Shown here in pieces: positions 61,562-64,000 of a DNA stretch of 64,000 nt. Source of the DNA: Octopus bimaculoides (lineage: Eukaryota); assembly GCF_001194135.2 (NCBI RefSeq), contig NC_068994.1, positions 29,038,681-29,102,680 on the forward strand. Reading direction: 5' to 3'. How positions within the stretch are numbered: position 1 is the first letter of the stretch; the number at the start of each line of letters is the position of its first letter. A program made the translations under genes and the position numbers. The notes below the pieces were generated by a model. It saw only the letters and a program-made list of their open reading frames with translations, was not told the DNA's origin and made no database searches.

Positions 61562-61712
61562 TGGCACATAATGTGGATTCTTGGAATGTTTTTTCTAAAT
61601 GTCTAATTTGTGTAGATTAATTTGATGGAAACATTTTTTTTTCTCATGATGTAATAACTATATTCATCAATAAAAAACTCGTTTGAAACAGCTGTAGTGA
61701 ATGAACTAATAT
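61562..61712 (+). mobile_element. Uninterrupted, inverted copy of the 59425-60255 hammerhead-bearing element (core mutated)
   Basis: tggcacataatgtggattcttggaat...ATTAAT-TTGATGG-...-GAAA-CAGCTG-TA-GTGAAT; matches the reverse complement of both sides of the SINE insertion. Confidence 0.8.
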
Positions 61713-62988
61713 CATCATAAAGCAAATACCACCATGAGCTATAACCTAACTACAGTGGAAAAGGGCTAGCCACTGGATTTGGTTAAAAAGAGACAATGAG
61801 TGATGGCTAGAAGAATATTGAGCTATATCTGATAACCAGTTGATCTAGCAAGTAGGGCTTTATGTCAGTGAGGTGGGGGCCAGTGGTTGAGAGGTAAGCC
61901 CCGAAACAGCGCACATTCTTTCCGATGCCTCCATACACTAGCTGGCTTCTGGTATGTGAAGCTTTTGACTGGTAGCACTTGCATGTGCAAGTTGTTTGAA
62001 AAACATATATATATATATATATANNNNNNNNNNNNNNNNNNNNNNNNNNNNNNNNNNNNNNNNNNNNNNNNNNNNNNNNNNNNNNNNNNNNNNNNNNNNN
62101 NNNNNNNNNNNNNNNNNNNNNNNNNNNNNNNNNNNNNNNNNNNNNNNNNNNNNNNNNNNNNNNNNNNNNNNNNNNNNNNNNNNNNNNNNNNNNNNNNNNN
62201 NNNNNNNNNNNNNNNNNNNNNNNNNNNNNNNNNNNNNNNNNNNNNNNNNNNNNNNNNNNNNNNNNNNNNNNNNNNNNNNNNNNNNNNNNNNNNNNNNNNN
62301 NNNNNNNNNNNNNNNNNNNNNNNNNNNNNNNNNNNNNNNNNNNNNNNNNNNNNNNNNNNNNNNNNNNNNNNNNNNNNNNNNNNNNNNNNNNNNNNNNNNN
62401 NNNNNNNNNNNNNNNNNNNNNNNNNNNNNNNNNNNNNNNNNNNNNNNNNNNNNNNNNNNNNNNNNNNNNNNNNNNNNNNNNNNNNNNNNNNNNNNNNNNN
62501 NNNNNNNNNNNNNNNNNNNNNNNNNNNNNNNNNNNNNNNNNNNNNNNNNNNNNNNNNNNNNNNNNNNNNNNNNNNNNNNNNNNNNNNNNNNNNNNNNNNN
62601 NNNNNNNNNNNNNNNNNNNNNNNNNNNNNNNNNNNNNNNNNNNNNNNNNNNNNNNNNNNNNNNNNNNNNNNNNNNNNNNNNNNNNNNNNNNNNNNNNNNN
62701 NNNNNNNNNNNNNNNNNNNNNNNNNNNNNNNNNNNNNNNNNNNNNNNNNNNNNNNNNNNNNNNNNNNNNNNNNNNNNNNNNNNNNNNNNNNNNNNNNNNN
62801 ATATATATATATATATAAGTCAGTAAATAGTGGGGTTGTGTTAACCGCACGTGGAGAAATAATAAGAAAATGAAAAAAGGCCAGAATGCTAAACTGGAAG
62901 CATATTTTAATAAAGATTTCTTCTAACCGGTTTTCATTGCGAAAAGCAAATTATCAAGAAGAAGGAGAATGAAAATGTATACGCATAT

Positions 62989-63385
62989 AGGGTAAAAGGG
63001 TAAAGACCCCTTTTGGTTATGAAGGGAGGGCTTTACTGAGTGAACTGGAGCAATATGAAATAAAGTGTCTCACTCAAGAACACAACACATGGCCCAGTCC
63101 AAGAATTGGACTCACTACCTCATGATTGTGAACCCAACGCTCTAACCACTGAACCATGCACCTTCACTTAGCAGTAAAAGTGAGTTACGCCATCACTGGC
63201 ATCAAGCTGTGTTAGCTTTTCTTCTCCCTTAGATAATATTGGTGGCATGGAGAGTGGAGGAGGCTGGTATGCATGGGTGACTGCTGGTCTTCCATAAACA
63301 ACCTTGCCTGGACTTGTGACTCAGAGGGTAATTTTCTAGGTACAATCCTATGCTCATTCATGACTGAAGGGAGTCTTTACCCATA
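62989..63385. mobile_element. Family-D SINE (-, ~62989-63170) and opposed tail fragment (+, ~63250-63385)
   Basis: Motifs shared with 29560-29870. Confidence 0.75.
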
Positions 63386-63691
63386 TATATACTTTTACTT
63401 TTATTCGTTTCAGTCATTTTATATATATNNNNNNNNNNGTGGTTGGTTAGCAAGCTACTTACCACACAGCCACTCCTGTGCCTATATACACACACACATA
63501 TATAGTATAACAAAATAACAAATTGGAAATTTATACAATAACTCTACAAATAATATTTTCATAAATCTCGATTTTAATATTTTGCAGTAACACACAGCAG
63601 CAAGTGAGACTGCACATTTTATTGTAAGAATGGAATAAAGCAGATTTGCTTCAAGAGAAAACAACTGGGATTTACTGTAAATATGTAAATT

Positions 63692-63725
<34 letters not shown>

Positions 63726-64000
63726 GTATATATATAGTTAAATGAATAGAACAATTATTTATTATTAACAAATTGGTCACCTTCACTTCATACATCTGAT
63801 TCAATACCCAATAATTTAATTACAAATTTGTACATTAAATTTGTAATTAAATTATTGAGTATTAATTGAAACGGCTGTAAAAAGTGAAGACGACCAATTT
63901 GTTAATAATAAATAACTGTTAACTTCTTAATCTCCATTTTCTTTTCTTCTTTTAATTGGATATAAACTATATGCTTTATACCTATTGTTTTAAGGGAATT

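Noticed and set aside
62989-63006. GGGTAAA repeats as telomeric sequence
   Set aside because: Not TTAGGG-type; it is the tail of family-D SINEs.

Overview
AT-rich, microsatellite-dense eukaryotic DNA with short-read assembly gaps that mostly abut (TA)n tracts. The SINE families, LINE content and C2H2 gene type suggest an octopus genome (inference, not verified). There is one clear host gene: a minus-strand six-finger C2H2 zinc-finger transcription factor (25812-26831) with a 15-His tract and probable upstream 5' exons. The rest is mostly decayed mobile DNA: RTE, R4/Dong, Tx1/L1 and HERO non-LTR fragments, a Penelope-like RT element, a DD37D (maT) and a mariner transposon back to back, MITEs, a probable non-autonomous Helitron and many tRNA-derived SINEs. 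The most notable unexplained structure is a set of type I hammerhead ribozyme motifs, four well-formed and four decayed, from at least three sequence families. The well-formed ones have a palindromic helix III and a long helix II. Five of the eight lie within about 56-62 kb around the Penelope-like element, and one sits in a three-layer nested insertion. Repeat boundaries are read by eye and are approximate unless terminal motifs are quoted.
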